Positions 8,442 through 18,671 of a stretch of DNA of 44,352 bases are shown one piece after another. The position numbers were made by a program, and so were the translations under genes. Below the pieces are notes generated by a model. The model was not told where the DNA came from and did no database searches. It saw nothing but the letters and a program-made list of their open reading frames with translations. The DNA is from Methanobacteriota archaeon (lineage in GTDB: Archaea; Thermoplasmatota; Poseidoniia; Poseidoniales; Thalassarchaeaceae). How positions within the stretch are numbered: the first letter of the stretch is position 1; each line of letters starts with the position of its first letter. Where the stretch lies: the NCBI GenBank assembly GCA_002708385.1, contig PANM01000004.1:1-44352 (forward strand), in the 5' to 3' direction.

Positions 8442-9482
8442 TCAAAGATTGTAGTAGGCGGAGATTGCTGCGTCTGTTTTTTCGACGGACTTAAGCCAAT
8501 CAGATTCTGTACCCATCAAAGCTCGGATACAGTCTATATTTTCTGGTATGACATCACTTTCCTGATGGATTGCTTGGAAATAATATAGCCTATCTCCAAC
8601 TAATTTTACTCCATCTTCCCAAACAAAAATCTCATGCAAATCACCCCATTTGCGACCAATATCTCTAGCCATTTCCATAACTTCTGCGGTTGTAGTAATC
8701 TTATTTTCTTCCCCATGCATAACAATAACTCGAGGTTGATTTTTCCACATTTCAATTATTGAATCTGTGGTTAAACCATGGCCTTCAGGTAGGTATGCAA
8801 TGATTGAATGAACATGCATTATCGTTGTTGGAACAGCAACCGCTAGAGAATTAATTTCTATTTCGGGTTTAACCGTCATTACATCCGGGCCGTGATGGCT
8901 GGGGACTTTGAGGACCGGTTTTATGGCATTAATTGGGCCCTTTTTTGAGTCCCCTGGATCGGCTGCTCGCCTAATCATTGTACATTCTACCTTCAAAGAG
9001 CCACAACGTTGGTACAGAGGAACTAATGTCCTTGAAAGACCTGTTGTGTTGCAAGAGACGACTCTTGTTCCGTTAGCATTTAGATTGTCACTATGGTTGG
9101 CACACGAAGTGTAAGACATACCTGTGAGGTCATGCTTTTCACCTCCCTGAAAGATGTGCTTAACTCCAGCCGCCTTATACTTAGCAAGATTTCCAGCGCC
9201 CATTTTTCCTGGTGCGCAATCAATAACAACATCTGAAATGGAAAGTAATTCTGAAAGTCCGCCCTTGCAATCATAACCTTGTTCTGAAAATGCAGCAATC
9301 CGTTCAGAATCGTCGAACGTGCAATATAGCGGGAAGCCTTTCTTGACGGCTAAGTCACAACCAAATGAGGGCGCGGTTTTTGTTACACCAATAATTTCCA
9401 TATCATCTTGAGCATCAACGGCATCAGCCACACGCTTCCCTATAGTTCCAAATCCATTTATTGCGACTTTTATCTTTCCCAC
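8442..9482 (-). CDS. gap: Glyceraldehyde-3-phosphate dehydrogenase, archaeal type II (phosphorylating)
   Basis: NGFGTIGKRVADAV (Rossmann fold) and the active-site context VVSCNTTGLSR are typical of archaeal GAPDH. I prefer the GTG at 9482 (MGKIKVAINGFG) because GGGGT (9489..9493) lies 6 nt upstream. The track start is a TTG at 9509. Confidence 0.9.
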   Translation of the reverse strand: MGKIKVAINGFGTIGKRVADAVDAQDDMEIIGVTKTAPSFGCDLAVKKGFPLYCTFDDSERIAAFSEQGYDCKGGLSELLSISDVVIDCAPGKMGAGNLAKYKAAGVKHIFQGGEKHDLTGMSYTSCANHSDNLNANGTRVVSCNTTGLSRTLVPLYQRCGSLKVECTMIRRAADPGDSKKGPINAIKPVLKVPSHHGPDVMTVKPEIEINSLAVAVPTTIMHVHSIIAYLPEGHGLTTDSIIEMWKNQPRVIVMHGEENKITTTAEVMEMARDIGRKWGDLHEIFVWEDGVKLVGDRLYYFQAIHQESDVIPENIDCIRALMGTESDWLKSVEKTDAAISAYYNL

Positions 9483-9649
9483 GGCACGACCCCATAGGCC
9501 CTCAGGCAAAACGACCCGATGATTGAACCTCTATCAACAATGCTCTCACTAGCCGAGTATAATTCTCCATAAGAAATAGGTTGTTTCGGTAACCCTTACA
9601 TCCGTCAAAATGAAGACTGTATGCACTCCCTCGATAGAATGAGAGTGGC

Positions 9650-11191
9650 ATGCGAGACATCACTGCGAAGAGCGTCAAATTAAATCGAGACCTAGATAAG
9701 ATGCTCGAGCAGGCTTTGGAACGAGACTTGTTGGTAAGAATTGGTTGGGGGAAACAAGGTGATGAAAAACCGAAGAACGGAGAGTTTGGAGTAATCACCC
9801 ATCTTCCTGACAATTCTAGAGTTTTATTACTTGGAGAACTTGGTGAATGTGCAGGTGCTATGAATGATGGAGGCACTTTCACTCTTCAGGGAGGGTGTGG
9901 CTCAATGTTAGGCGCTTTCCAGAATTCTGGTAGGATTACAGTCGAAAAAGACGCAGGTGATCGAGCAGGCCTGAAAATGACCGGAGGAGAAATTATTGTC
10001 CAAGGGTCAGTTGGTGACGAGACCGGAGCCCAAATGAAAGATGGATTTGTATTTGTCAGAGGGCATGCGGGAAAGGCAACTGGAGCCTCTATGGAAGGAG
10101 GGACTATAGTAATTCAAGGAAATACTGGAAATGATATTGGAAGAGGGATGATTGGTGGGAAAATCATAGTTAGCGGCTCATGCCCACCCCCTGGAGAAGG
10201 CGCTGAAGTTAGGTCAATCGAATCATCTGAAATAGATGAATTATCTGAACACCTAGAGCCCTTGGGATTTTACATTGATTTTGATGCATTAGTAATAGTC
10301 CCAAAAAAAGATGGCCCACCTTTGGCAGAATTACCGGAATATTCGATTTCAGAAGGATTTGAAAGAATTACTTTAGTTCCTTCAGCAAGAGAAAGACTTT
10401 CCCTCCATTCAAAAATTGATAATGGAATGCCAATCTATCCTGCCGGCCAAGATGAAAATCAATTACCAGCACGACTTCCTTGGATAATCGAAACTGAAAC
10501 ATTACAAAATAAATCATCAAGGCATCTAGATATTCAGCCAGGATTAGTAAAAACTCAGCCGAGAGCAAATGACTTATTGCTAATTTCTGAAGGTAATTTA
10601 CTTGAGGCTGCAAGCCTAATCGGTAATTGCTCAGGAATGGTTCTTGACCTTAGGGGAATGCCTGCAATTAATGATGCTGAAATTGAAGCGATTTTAGTTT
10701 CACTTTATAGTAGAATGTCAGACGATTCACTTGTATTTTTGAAGGATAGTGTTTCTAGGGTTGAACATCTTTTCCGCTTGGTTGTAGATTTGGATTTAGA
10801 TGGAGCATTGGTAGATGTTGCTTCTGCGGGGGGATCTGTTGCTGCTGCAGCACTACCAAGAATTGGACTTGTCTCCCAAGCAATGAATATGCCAAAACAG
10901 GGTCGCAGAATTTTACTTGAACTAGATGAAACTCCTTCCGCAGAGGACCTAATAATTGCAATCTCTGCAGGATGTAGTGGTGTCGTTGCACCACCACCTA
11001 GCGATGATGTAGAATCCGGCCTAATTTGGCTTGATGGGACAATAAAAGGATGGATGATCGAATTGGGAATAAGTGAACTAAATCAACTGACGAGGAGAAA
11101 TCTAAGAGCTCTTGATCACGATACTGCTGCGATTTCTGGCCTACGACTTATTGGCTACGATAGGCCGCTTCCTATGTGGTTGAAGAATTGA
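9650..11191 (+). CDS. GXGXG-motif beta-helix protein (like the glutamate synthase alpha-subunit C-terminal domain / FwdC) fused to a divergent, possibly TIM-barrel-like C-terminal domain
   Basis: Six consecutive turns of the G-x-x-M-x-G-G-x-I-x-V-x-G type are present (AGAMNDGGTFTLQG ... IGRGMIGGKIIVSG). The C-terminal ~300 aa only loosely resemble the GltS FMN domain, with no GGTGA-type motif. The stop TGA (11189..11191) overlaps the pheT SD. Confidence 0.65.
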   Translation: MRDITAKSVKLNRDLDKMLEQALERDLLVRIGWGKQGDEKPKNGEFGVITHLPDNSRVLLLGELGECAGAMNDGGTFTLQGGCGSMLGAFQNSGRITVEKDAGDRAGLKMTGGEIIVQGSVGDETGAQMKDGFVFVRGHAGKATGASMEGGTIVIQGNTGNDIGRGMIGGKIIVSGSCPPPGEGAEVRSIESSEIDELSEHLEPLGFYIDFDALVIVPKKDGPPLAELPEYSISEGFERITLVPSARERLSLHSKIDNGMPIYPAGQDENQLPARLPWIIETETLQNKSSRHLDIQPGLVKTQPRANDLLLISEGNLLEAASLIGNCSGMVLDLRGMPAINDAEIEAILVSLYSRMSDDSLVFLKDSVSRVEHLFRLVVDLDLDGALVDVASAGGSVAAAALPRIGLVSQAMNMPKQGRRILLELDETPSAEDLIIAISAGCSGVVAPPPSDDVESGLIWLDGTIKGWMIELGISELNQLTRRNLRALDHDTAAISGLRLIGYDRPLPMWLKN

Positions 11192-11196
11192 GGTGG
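11190..11196 (+). promoter_or_regulatory. Shine-Dalgarno GAGGTGG for pheT, overlapping the stop codon of the upstream gene
   Basis: GAGGTGG lies 4 nt upstream of the TTG start at 11201. It is complementary to the archaeal 16S 3' end (CCUCC). Confidence 0.6.
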
Positions 11197-11200
11197 AAAA

Positions 11201-12955
11201 TTGCCTACAATCAAATTAAATCATTCCATTTTGCACTCATTACAAGAGTCGAATGGTTCGGAATACATAATGGAAGATTGGGATTCAAAGCTATCCCAAA
11301 TCGGCTGTGTTGTAGAAGGAAGCGATGAAGAGGGTATCGAAATAGAGGTTTTTCCTGATAGACCTGACTTGTTGAGTCATGAAACTATGGCAAGAGCAGC
11401 TAGAGCATTTCTAGGAGGCGAAATACAATCTCCGGAAATTGAGACCCTAGACAGTGGAATAATCTTACAAGTTGATTCTAGCCTCCAATCCGTAAGGCCA
11501 GTTATCATGGCCGCTGTTGTAAAGGGGGTTGAAACTGGAAATAATCAAGAAGAAATCGATGAGTTTATTCAAACACTAATGGACCACCAAGAAAAACTTC
11601 ATCTAAGTATTGGAAGGAAGAGGAAATTTTCATCAATCGGAGTTCATGATCTTTCGACTCTCAACCCACCATTTAAGGTCATCACAGTTCCAGAAAACCA
11701 TTCCTTTGTACCATTAGCTATGGAAGAAAAAATGACCATTAAACAAATTCTAACTGAGCATCCTAAAGGTGTTGAATATGCGAATCTAATGGAGGAATTG
11801 AATGATTACCCAGTCATTGTAGATTCAAACGATGATATCCTATCCTTCCCGCCAATTATCAACGGAGCTCATACTACAGTAAACGACTCCACAACAGATT
11901 TCTTCATCGATGTGACAGGTTGGGACGAGAGGGCAGTTGAAGCATGTCTACTGCTAATCTGCCTATCCCTTGCCGAACGCGGGGGTAAAATCGAACATGT
12001 CCAAGTAAACGGTTGTGATGGTCAAGTAAGATTAACTCCGAATATGAAATCAAAACAACATAGAGTTTCTGACAGGTTAATTCATCGAATTCTAGGTTTG
12101 AAATTACACAGTTTGGAGATCGCAAAAGCAATCCAAAGAATGGGTGGGGAACTTGTGGCCTCTCGAACAGTGACAGATGGAATGAATCAAGCAGAACGTT
12201 GGGCCGACCTAGAAGTAGGAGAGAAGGAACATGTTATCGCGATGCCACGCTGGAGATCGGATATTATGCACCCAATTGATATCGTCGAAGATATAGCCAT
12301 TGGTTATGGTTACGAAAATATGCCAAATACACTTTCATCAGTACATTTAGATGCAATTCCATTAGCTTCCGCCCACCTCCATCGCAGAGTTCGTGAAAGT
12401 CTAAGGTCACTAAATCTACAGGAGACTCAAAGCCTAACGTTATCCAATCGCCGTGTACAATTTGAACATCCTAGATGGAAAGAATTGGGTGAGGTCACTG
12501 AATTAGCAAATCCTATAACGGTAGATCATACTATGATGAGACAGCGTATTTTACCTAGTCTGATTCAATTATTATCAGCTAATCGTCATCATGAATTACC
12601 GCAACGTGTTTATGAGCTTGGAACTGTTGTATCAAACTCACAAAACAAAACAAGGGCTGCATGGGCTTGTGCCGAAGTTGGTGGTGGTTTTTCCGCGGCA
12701 AAAGGTTTCGCTCAAGCCCTGTTGAGAGATTTGGGCGCCAACCTAAAGGATATAATTTGGCAGCCAATTGAAACTTCCAAAGGGCCTTGGCTAGAAGGGA
12801 GAGGTGCTAGGGTATTGATACAAGAGAAAGAAGTTGGCCAAATAGGAGAATTAGACCCTAATGTCTCATCTGAATTTGGCCTTAGGGTACCTATTCAAGC
12901 CGGGGAATTTGACATAGATGCCATCGGCCTGTTGATACAGGACCCAGTTCTCTAA
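11201..12955 (+). CDS. pheT: Phenylalanine--tRNA ligase beta subunit (archaeal type)
   Basis: The N-terminus MPTIKL..., the 584-aa length and the B3/4- and B5-like regions match archaeal PheT. The start is TTG with a strong SD. Confidence 0.88.
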   Translation: MPTIKLNHSILHSLQESNGSEYIMEDWDSKLSQIGCVVEGSDEEGIEIEVFPDRPDLLSHETMARAARAFLGGEIQSPEIETLDSGIILQVDSSLQSVRPVIMAAVVKGVETGNNQEEIDEFIQTLMDHQEKLHLSIGRKRKFSSIGVHDLSTLNPPFKVITVPENHSFVPLAMEEKMTIKQILTEHPKGVEYANLMEELNDYPVIVDSNDDILSFPPIINGAHTTVNDSTTDFFIDVTGWDERAVEACLLLICLSLAERGGKIEHVQVNGCDGQVRLTPNMKSKQHRVSDRLIHRILGLKLHSLEIAKAIQRMGGELVASRTVTDGMNQAERWADLEVGEKEHVIAMPRWRSDIMHPIDIVEDIAIGYGYENMPNTLSSVHLDAIPLASAHLHRRVRESLRSLNLQETQSLTLSNRRVQFEHPRWKELGEVTELANPITVDHTMMRQRILPSLIQLLSANRHHELPQRVYELGTVVSNSQNKTRAAWACAEVGGGFSAAKGFAQALLRDLGANLKDIIWQPIETSKGPWLEGRGARVLIQEKEVGQIGELDPNVSSEFGLRVPIQAGEFDIDAIGLLIQDPVL

Positions 12956-12965
12956 TTTGGTTATT

Positions 12966-13151
12966 TCAATTGTCGCCTAATAGTGCCATTGCATCGAGAA
13001 AAGACTTGTCTTTGAGATGACTTTTATCATCAATCAAATCTTTCTGTTTAGTTTCTTTCTTTCTCTCGTATTCTACTATTTCCGCCTTTTTTTCATCAGG
13101 CTTAGATTCGGCGGCGACTGATTTCTTACTGAACGGCCACTTCTTCGTCAT
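12966..13151 (-). CDS. Hypothetical small Lys/Glu-rich protein (61 aa)
   Basis: It is an intact ORF in an otherwise 290-nt gap between convergent and divergent neighbours. I recognise no motif and see no clear SD. Confidence 0.3.
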   Translation of the reverse strand: MTKKWPFSKKSVAAESKPDEKKAEIVEYERKKETKQKDLIDDKSHLKDKSFLDAMALLGDN

Positions 13152-13245
13152 GGACAGCCAACAACACCTAGGACGATAATTACTTCGTTTTGATGATTCA
13201 ACAAATAAGGGGATAAATCAAAGCCGAGAACGTTGAGCGTCTCTC

Positions 13246-16065
13246 ATGCAAGGCAGGGCAATGGTTGCTGCAGTAATTTTTTCATTACTTACCATTTCAA
13301 TCACGCCAAGCGATTTAGAAGAGGCACCAAACGCTTCGGAATCCGTCTCAAATGACTCGCCTTTAGATCTTTTATTTATTGGCAATTCTTATACATCCAA
13401 CAATCAATTGAATATTAAGGTAGAAAATTTACTCAACGCAGCAGGTTTCAATCCAGACACACAGTCCTTGACAAGTGGAGGAAAGACACTTTCTTGGCAT
13501 GGAGAACAGACTGAGTCTGAGGGGTCTGACTGGTATGGAGCATTACGAACCCCTCATGATTTTGTGATATTACAAGATCAAAGTCAGATACCAGGTTTCC
13601 CCACAGGTTCAGCATCTTGGCAAGATAGTATGGAAGGCGCTCAGATTATCGATCAATTGGTCGATCAAAATGGGGGTGACCTGTTTTTTCTTATGACTTG
13701 GGGGTACAGAAATGGAGACCCGAATAACAATTGGAGATATCCAGATTATCAAACAATGCAGCAGCACCTAAAGTCTGGGTATATTGCTTATGCTGAAAAT
13801 CTATCATCCGAGGAAAGGCCTGTCTTCATTGCTCCAGTCGGGATAGCGTATGAAAACATCTTTCTTTCAATACCTAATGCTACTGAAGAAGGGACTATTT
13901 TCTCAGACCTATATGCCTCTGATGGTAGTCATCCTTCAATCCAAGGGACATACTTAGCCGCCTGTGTAATACATTCCTCGGTCACTGGGGTATCATCAAT
14001 AGGTTTACCCAGCACAGGCGGAATTAACGGGTCAAGGACATTGGAATTACAACAATGGGCCGACCATACAGTATTCAATACATCAGGATTTACTTACCCT
14101 TGGCAGTTAGATGGTTTAGGGGTGGAATTTGGTACAGATTCAGGTTCGATTTTCAATATTGAACCAGGCCTTACAATTGGCATATCGGGTAATTTTACTA
14201 ATTTAGCAGAAGTGAATACAACTGCGCTTATTCAAATAAATGGGCCTGATGGTTGGATTGTTTCTTGGGATTACCCCACAAGCCCAATAGCAGGATATTC
14301 TTTTGACGCACCCAGTGATTTAGTTCAATGGGTAGAATTTAGGGTGACTGCACCCGAAGTATCCTCAGGTTACCCTCTGGCAGATTCAATTCATGACTTT
14401 AGTTTAGCTTTGGAAGGCGATCGTACCGGTAATTTGGATTGGTGGAATTTTTCATTACGTTATGGAGAGTGGAAAGGAGTTAATTTAGTTCAAGGAGGTG
14501 GAGTTGCATCGATTGAACCTGGTGGAATTATAGATTTAGAATTTGATATACAAAACATTGGTAATTCAATTAATTCAATGGAATTCAAAATTGCAGCAAA
14601 ATTTGACAATGGGTCTATGGCAAATAGCCCCAGTCTATCTTTTTCTCATGAGGGATGGACTGCAATTGTTTATGATAGAGCCGGTTTAGAAGCCATGAGT
14701 CCTGGAGAAATAACGAAAGTAAGAATGCAAGTCAAAGCCCCTTCAAGCACCTCAGGGAAACTCGAAATGCATGTTCAATTTGCTGGCAATGGTATTGAAC
14801 TTCAAGAAACAAATCAATCGGTCACCATAGTACCCCGCTCAGGTGGTGAGTTAGGGCTCACCAATATAGATTGTATTTTCCAGGTTAATCCCGGTGAATC
14901 ATGTATGGTGGAATTATTCATTGAAAATACAGGAGATGCAACTTATGACTTTAATCTTACAATTAGCAAAAAACCTCATTGGCTAGAGGTAGATATTTCA
15001 CAATTTAACGGCAATTTAGGACCCGGTCAGACTGTCCATGGAATAGAAGTTACAGCCTCAACTAGAGAAGGTCTAGACGCTGAGATTTCTGGAGAAGTTT
15101 CAATTGAGTTAGAAGTTGATGGATGGGTTCCGGCTGAGGTGAGTTTTGAGGTCAAAATAGCTTCTGATTTTGCATGGGAAATTATTCGTTCTGATGCTGA
15201 AGTGATGAACGAAAGGCTGACTGGTTATTGGGAAGTTAAGAATATTGGAAATAGTCCTGATGGATTAGTAGTTGCTGTTGAATGTAGCGATTTCACCAAT
15301 TTTGGAATCACTAATCTCGGAGAAAGCGGCGGTGTAGAAAATCTTGGTAGGTCATTTGAAAAACTAAACATTCCAAGAAATGGAACTGTTTTGTTTGAGG
15401 TCTGGATGGACATACCGGATGAGGTTCCGATAGCTGCTGAAGCGGTTTTAACCGTTGAAGTTAGGTCATTTAGAGACCCTTCAATTTCCTATATTACGGA
15501 GCATTCAACTGAAATTGAAAGAGCTCAACCAAGTCAACCAAATGGTTCAGAAGAGACAAGTGTGTTTAGTGAATTTTTGCAACGCTGGTTACAGACTATA
15601 TTGATAATTATTGTAAGTATTATAGGCAGTATTTCTGTTGCCTATGCAATTAGGAATAGAATAGAAGCGGACAGGGAACATTATCGAAAAACAAATACTC
15701 AGATAACAGTTGAAGAAGAATCGGAAAATTGGATGAAGAAGTTCGAAAAAATAGAGGATTTAGGATCTCCAAATATTAATAGCCCTACCAAAAATATAAC
15801 CGAATTCCGAAGAGAATTTTTGGAAAAATCTGGAGACCATTCGAGAGCAATCTCCTCTGGACCCGAATCTGAAGTTATTGACAAGGCTGTTGAGACACTT
15901 GATGAGTCTCAAGCAGAGGACGCCTTTGCTGACGCTATAGAATTGGCCGATACCTTACAGGATAGCGACTTGATTCATCCCGATAACATGGTATTGGACT
16001 TAGACGATTTTGACGAAAAATTAGACTCTCTACGTCGTGGATTGGGTGATGATGAAGACCTTTGA
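13246..16065 (+). CDS. Surface-anchored protein with an N-terminal SGNH/GDSL-type hydrolase domain, NEW3/CARDB-like domains, a TM anchor and an acidic cytoplasmic tail
   Basis: A signal-like N-terminus is present. SGNH block I is LLFIGNSYTSNN and block V is SDGSHPSIQGTYLAA. NxGN modules recur (IQNIGNS, IENTGDA, VKNIGNS). The TM segment is ILIIIVSIIGSISVAYAI, followed by a D/E-rich tail of about 170 aa. Confidence 0.75.
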   Translation: MQGRAMVAAVIFSLLTISITPSDLEEAPNASESVSNDSPLDLLFIGNSYTSNNQLNIKVENLLNAAGFNPDTQSLTSGGKTLSWHGEQTESEGSDWYGALRTPHDFVILQDQSQIPGFPTGSASWQDSMEGAQIIDQLVDQNGGDLFFLMTWGYRNGDPNNNWRYPDYQTMQQHLKSGYIAYAENLSSEERPVFIAPVGIAYENIFLSIPNATEEGTIFSDLYASDGSHPSIQGTYLAACVIHSSVTGVSSIGLPSTGGINGSRTLELQQWADHTVFNTSGFTYPWQLDGLGVEFGTDSGSIFNIEPGLTIGISGNFTNLAEVNTTALIQINGPDGWIVSWDYPTSPIAGYSFDAPSDLVQWVEFRVTAPEVSSGYPLADSIHDFSLALEGDRTGNLDWWNFSLRYGEWKGVNLVQGGGVASIEPGGIIDLEFDIQNIGNSINSMEFKIAAKFDNGSMANSPSLSFSHEGWTAIVYDRAGLEAMSPGEITKVRMQVKAPSSTSGKLEMHVQFAGNGIELQETNQSVTIVPRSGGELGLTNIDCIFQVNPGESCMVELFIENTGDATYDFNLTISKKPHWLEVDISQFNGNLGPGQTVHGIEVTASTREGLDAEISGEVSIELEVDGWVPAEVSFEVKIASDFAWEIIRSDAEVMNERLTGYWEVKNIGNSPDGLVVAVECSDFTNFGITNLGESGGVENLGRSFEKLNIPRNGTVLFEVWMDIPDEVPIAAEAVLTVEVRSFRDPSISYITEHSTEIERAQPSQPNGSEETSVFSEFLQRWLQTILIIIVSIIGSISVAYAIRNRIEADREHYRKTNTQITVEEESENWMKKFEKIEDLGSPNINSPTKNITEFRREFLEKSGDHSRAISSGPESEVIDKAVETLDESQAEDAFADAIELADTLQDSDLIHPDNMVLDLDDFDEKLDSLRRGLGDDEDL

Positions 16066-16080
16066 AGTTCCCGCAAGGCT

Positions 16081-16824
16081 GTGAATGGTAATTGGACTAT
16101 TGGAGTTGACGAAGCGGGTAGAGGACCAGTGATAGGGCCCTTGGTTGTAGCCGCCCTTGCGATACCTAAGGATGAAATCTCAGAACTATCAAAACTGGGT
16201 GTAAAAGATTCAAAGGAAATTTCTCATTCGGAAAGAATTCGAATTAGTAAAGAAATTTCCACATATGTAGAACAAGGAAGATGGAAATCAGGCATTGTTA
16301 TTTGTAAAGCAAAACGAATTGATCTTAACAGTATATTTTCTGATTTGAATAGCCTTGAAATTGAATTATTTTCAGAAGCGATTTCGGAGACAAACATAGC
16401 ATCAAAAGATGGAACAATAAAAGCGGATGCATGTGATGTAAACGAAGAACGATTCAGATTAAGGCTTGAATCCGCTCTTGGAGATGGCTGGGATAATTGG
16501 AATATACATGCAGAGCATGGTATGGATTCCAAAGATCTCGTTACGGGAGGGGCATCGATACTTGCTAAAGTAACTCGTGACTTTGCTATTCAAGAGATTT
16601 CTTCCAGAACTGGGTTAGATGTAGGTTCAGGATATCCGTCTGATCAAAAAACAAGAAAAGCCATTGAAACCTTACTTTCTGACGGCAAAATTCACGATTC
16701 AATAAGGTGGAGTTGGGCTACGGTTTCAGATATTTGGGGGAAATTACATGCAACTCCCGTTCCAGTGCGTTCGAAAGATGGAAATTACGTTGTACAATCA
16801 TCACTTGAGGACTGGAGGGTGTGA
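16081..16824 (+). CDS. rnhB: Ribonuclease HII
   Basis: The GVDEAGRGPVIGPLVVAA and GVKDSKEIS motifs are present. The start is GTG. The 247-aa length is typical. Confidence 0.9.
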   Translation: MNGNWTIGVDEAGRGPVIGPLVVAALAIPKDEISELSKLGVKDSKEISHSERIRISKEISTYVEQGRWKSGIVICKAKRIDLNSIFSDLNSLEIELFSEAISETNIASKDGTIKADACDVNEERFRLRLESALGDGWDNWNIHAEHGMDSKDLVTGGASILAKVTRDFAIQEISSRTGLDVGSGYPSDQKTRKAIETLLSDGKIHDSIRWSWATVSDIWGKLHATPVPVRSKDGNYVVQSSLEDWRV

Positions 16825-16834
16825 GAACCGTCAA

Positions 16835-18580
16835 ATGCATTCATCGGGCCGTAGGCCCGATAGCATGGCTGATTCAGATTGGGATTTGGCGACCATTGAG
16901 ACGGTTAGGAAGTATGCTATGCAAAACACATTGGAATACAATGGCCAAGGGCAATCAGGTTCGGTTCTTGGACGCCTCCTTGGAGAAAGGGCTGATTTGA
17001 GACCACATGCTAAATCACTTAGAACACTAGTTGAAAAGGAGGTGCAGGCAGCGAATCAAATGGCTCAAAATCAGGGCCTTGAATCTGTTAGGGAAGTACT
17101 GGCTGCATCTAATCCAGATGCCTTGGAAAGGCAAAAACAACAGAAACGTATCGGACTAAAGCCACTCCCTAATGCAATCGAAGGAGAAGTTATTTTGAGA
17201 TTTGCACCTAATCCAAATGGGCCTTTAACAATAGGTCACTCTAGAGGCGTTGTAATCAATTCAGAATTTGCTTCAATGTATTCTGGAAAAGTAGTATTAC
17301 GTTTTGATGATACGGACACTAGAGTCAAACCACCCTTACCAGAGGCATATAATTGGATTGAGGATGAATATGAATGGTTAGTTGGACGGCCTGCAGATGT
17401 TACCATCAGGGCCAGCGATAGAATGCCAGTGTACCTTGATTATGCGAGAAAAATGCTTGAGGGTGGTTTTGGTTATGTGTGTAGATGTACAGCTTCAAAT
17501 TTTAAATCGCTCCGGGATAATTCTACAGCATGCGATTGTAGAGAAAATTCAATTGATGAAAATATCCAAGATTGGAATGCTATGAATGATGGTAAAATTA
17601 ACGAAGGAGATGCAGTTGTTAGAGTAAAGACGGATTTGGATTTACCTAATCCCGCTCTTCGCGATTGGCCTGCTTTGAGAATACAACATGCGCCACACCC
17701 AATGGTTGGTAAATTGTACAAAGTCTGGCCATTGCTGGATTTTCAAAGTGCAGTTGAAGACCATCTGCAAGGAGTGACACATATTGTTCGAGGTAAGGAC
17801 TTGATGGATTCGACAAGAAAACAGACTTTACTTTACGAGCACTTTGGTTGGAAATATCCTGAAACACTCTACTGGGGGCGAGTTAAAGTTCACGAATTTG
17901 GAGGCTTCTCTACATCTGGAATGAGAGAGGATATCAACCAGGGTAAATTCAATGGCTGGGATGATTCTAGATTACCGACCATTTCGGCACTTAGAAGAAG
18001 AGGTTTTCAATCTCAAGCGATTAGAGAATTTTGGTTAGATTTAGGTTTGACCCAAAAAGATATTTCAATTTCCATGCAAAACATAGAATCAATTAATTCA
18101 ACAATTATTGATTCTGATTCTGAAAGACGCTCATTTATTAGGAATCCTCAGAGTTTGAGGCTAGATCCAAATGGGTTTGAAGTGCCAAGTAAATTACAAC
18201 TTCTCCGACATCCTGATCAGAAAATTGACGGATTTAGACAATGGGAAATGACTGGTGAATTTCTGATTGAGAAAGACGATTACGCCGATGAAATTAGATT
18301 AAAGGATTTTGCAGATGTTGCTATCGACGATAACCTAGCAACTATCAATTCCTTCAAGAGAACTGATAAACGAGCGATAGTACATTGGCTGCCAATTAAT
18401 CATTCTAGGGAAGCGTGCTTAATTACTCCTTCAAATGATGGATTCAAAACCGATGAGGGATTTATTGAGAATATCAATTTAGTCGAAGGAATGATTTTGC
18501 AACTTGAGAGAGTTGGATTTGCTAGAATCGAAAAAATTCCTAATAATGGTGCGATAGAATTACTCTATCTGCATAGCTAA
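16835..18580 (+). CDS. gltX: Glutamate--tRNA ligase (archaeal/eukaryal type)
   Basis: The HIGH region is RFAPNPNGPLTIGHSRG, with a class-I catalytic core and a FSTSGMR (KMSKS-like) segment. The track start at 16748 would overlap rnhB by 77 nt. In-frame ATGs at 16835 (GGAGGGTG lies 13 nt upstream) and 16865 are more plausible. Confidence 0.88.
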   Translation: MHSSGRRPDSMADSDWDLATIETVRKYAMQNTLEYNGQGQSGSVLGRLLGERADLRPHAKSLRTLVEKEVQAANQMAQNQGLESVREVLAASNPDALERQKQQKRIGLKPLPNAIEGEVILRFAPNPNGPLTIGHSRGVVINSEFASMYSGKVVLRFDDTDTRVKPPLPEAYNWIEDEYEWLVGRPADVTIRASDRMPVYLDYARKMLEGGFGYVCRCTASNFKSLRDNSTACDCRENSIDENIQDWNAMNDGKINEGDAVVRVKTDLDLPNPALRDWPALRIQHAPHPMVGKLYKVWPLLDFQSAVEDHLQGVTHIVRGKDLMDSTRKQTLLYEHFGWKYPETLYWGRVKVHEFGGFSTSGMREDINQGKFNGWDDSRLPTISALRRRGFQSQAIREFWLDLGLTQKDISISMQNIESINSTIIDSDSERRSFIRNPQSLRLDPNGFEVPSKLQLLRHPDQKIDGFRQWEMTGEFLIEKDDYADEIRLKDFADVAIDDNLATINSFKRTDKRAIVHWLPINHSREACLITPSNDGFKTDEGFIENINLVEGMILQLERVGFARIEKIPNNGAIELLYLHS

Positions 18581-18671
18581 ATGCAATAGTAAAATTACAA
18601 TTATCCACTAGTAGATATATTGCTATGAAACCATCGTGAAATGATTCCTTCAAGGGTCGCATTCAAGGCTA

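Noticed and set aside
9502-9882. A 126-aa minus-strand ORF spanning the region between gap and the GXGXG gene.
   Set aside because: It overlaps the starts of two confident genes. Its Ser/Pro/Phe-rich sequence has no motifs. It is most likely a chance ORF across a divergent promoter region.
16748-16834. An N-terminal extension of gltX from the track start at 16748.
   Set aside because: It would overlap rnhB by 77 nt and add a non-conserved-looking peptide (MQLPFQCVRKMEITLYNHH...). In-frame ATGs occur just after the rnhB stop.
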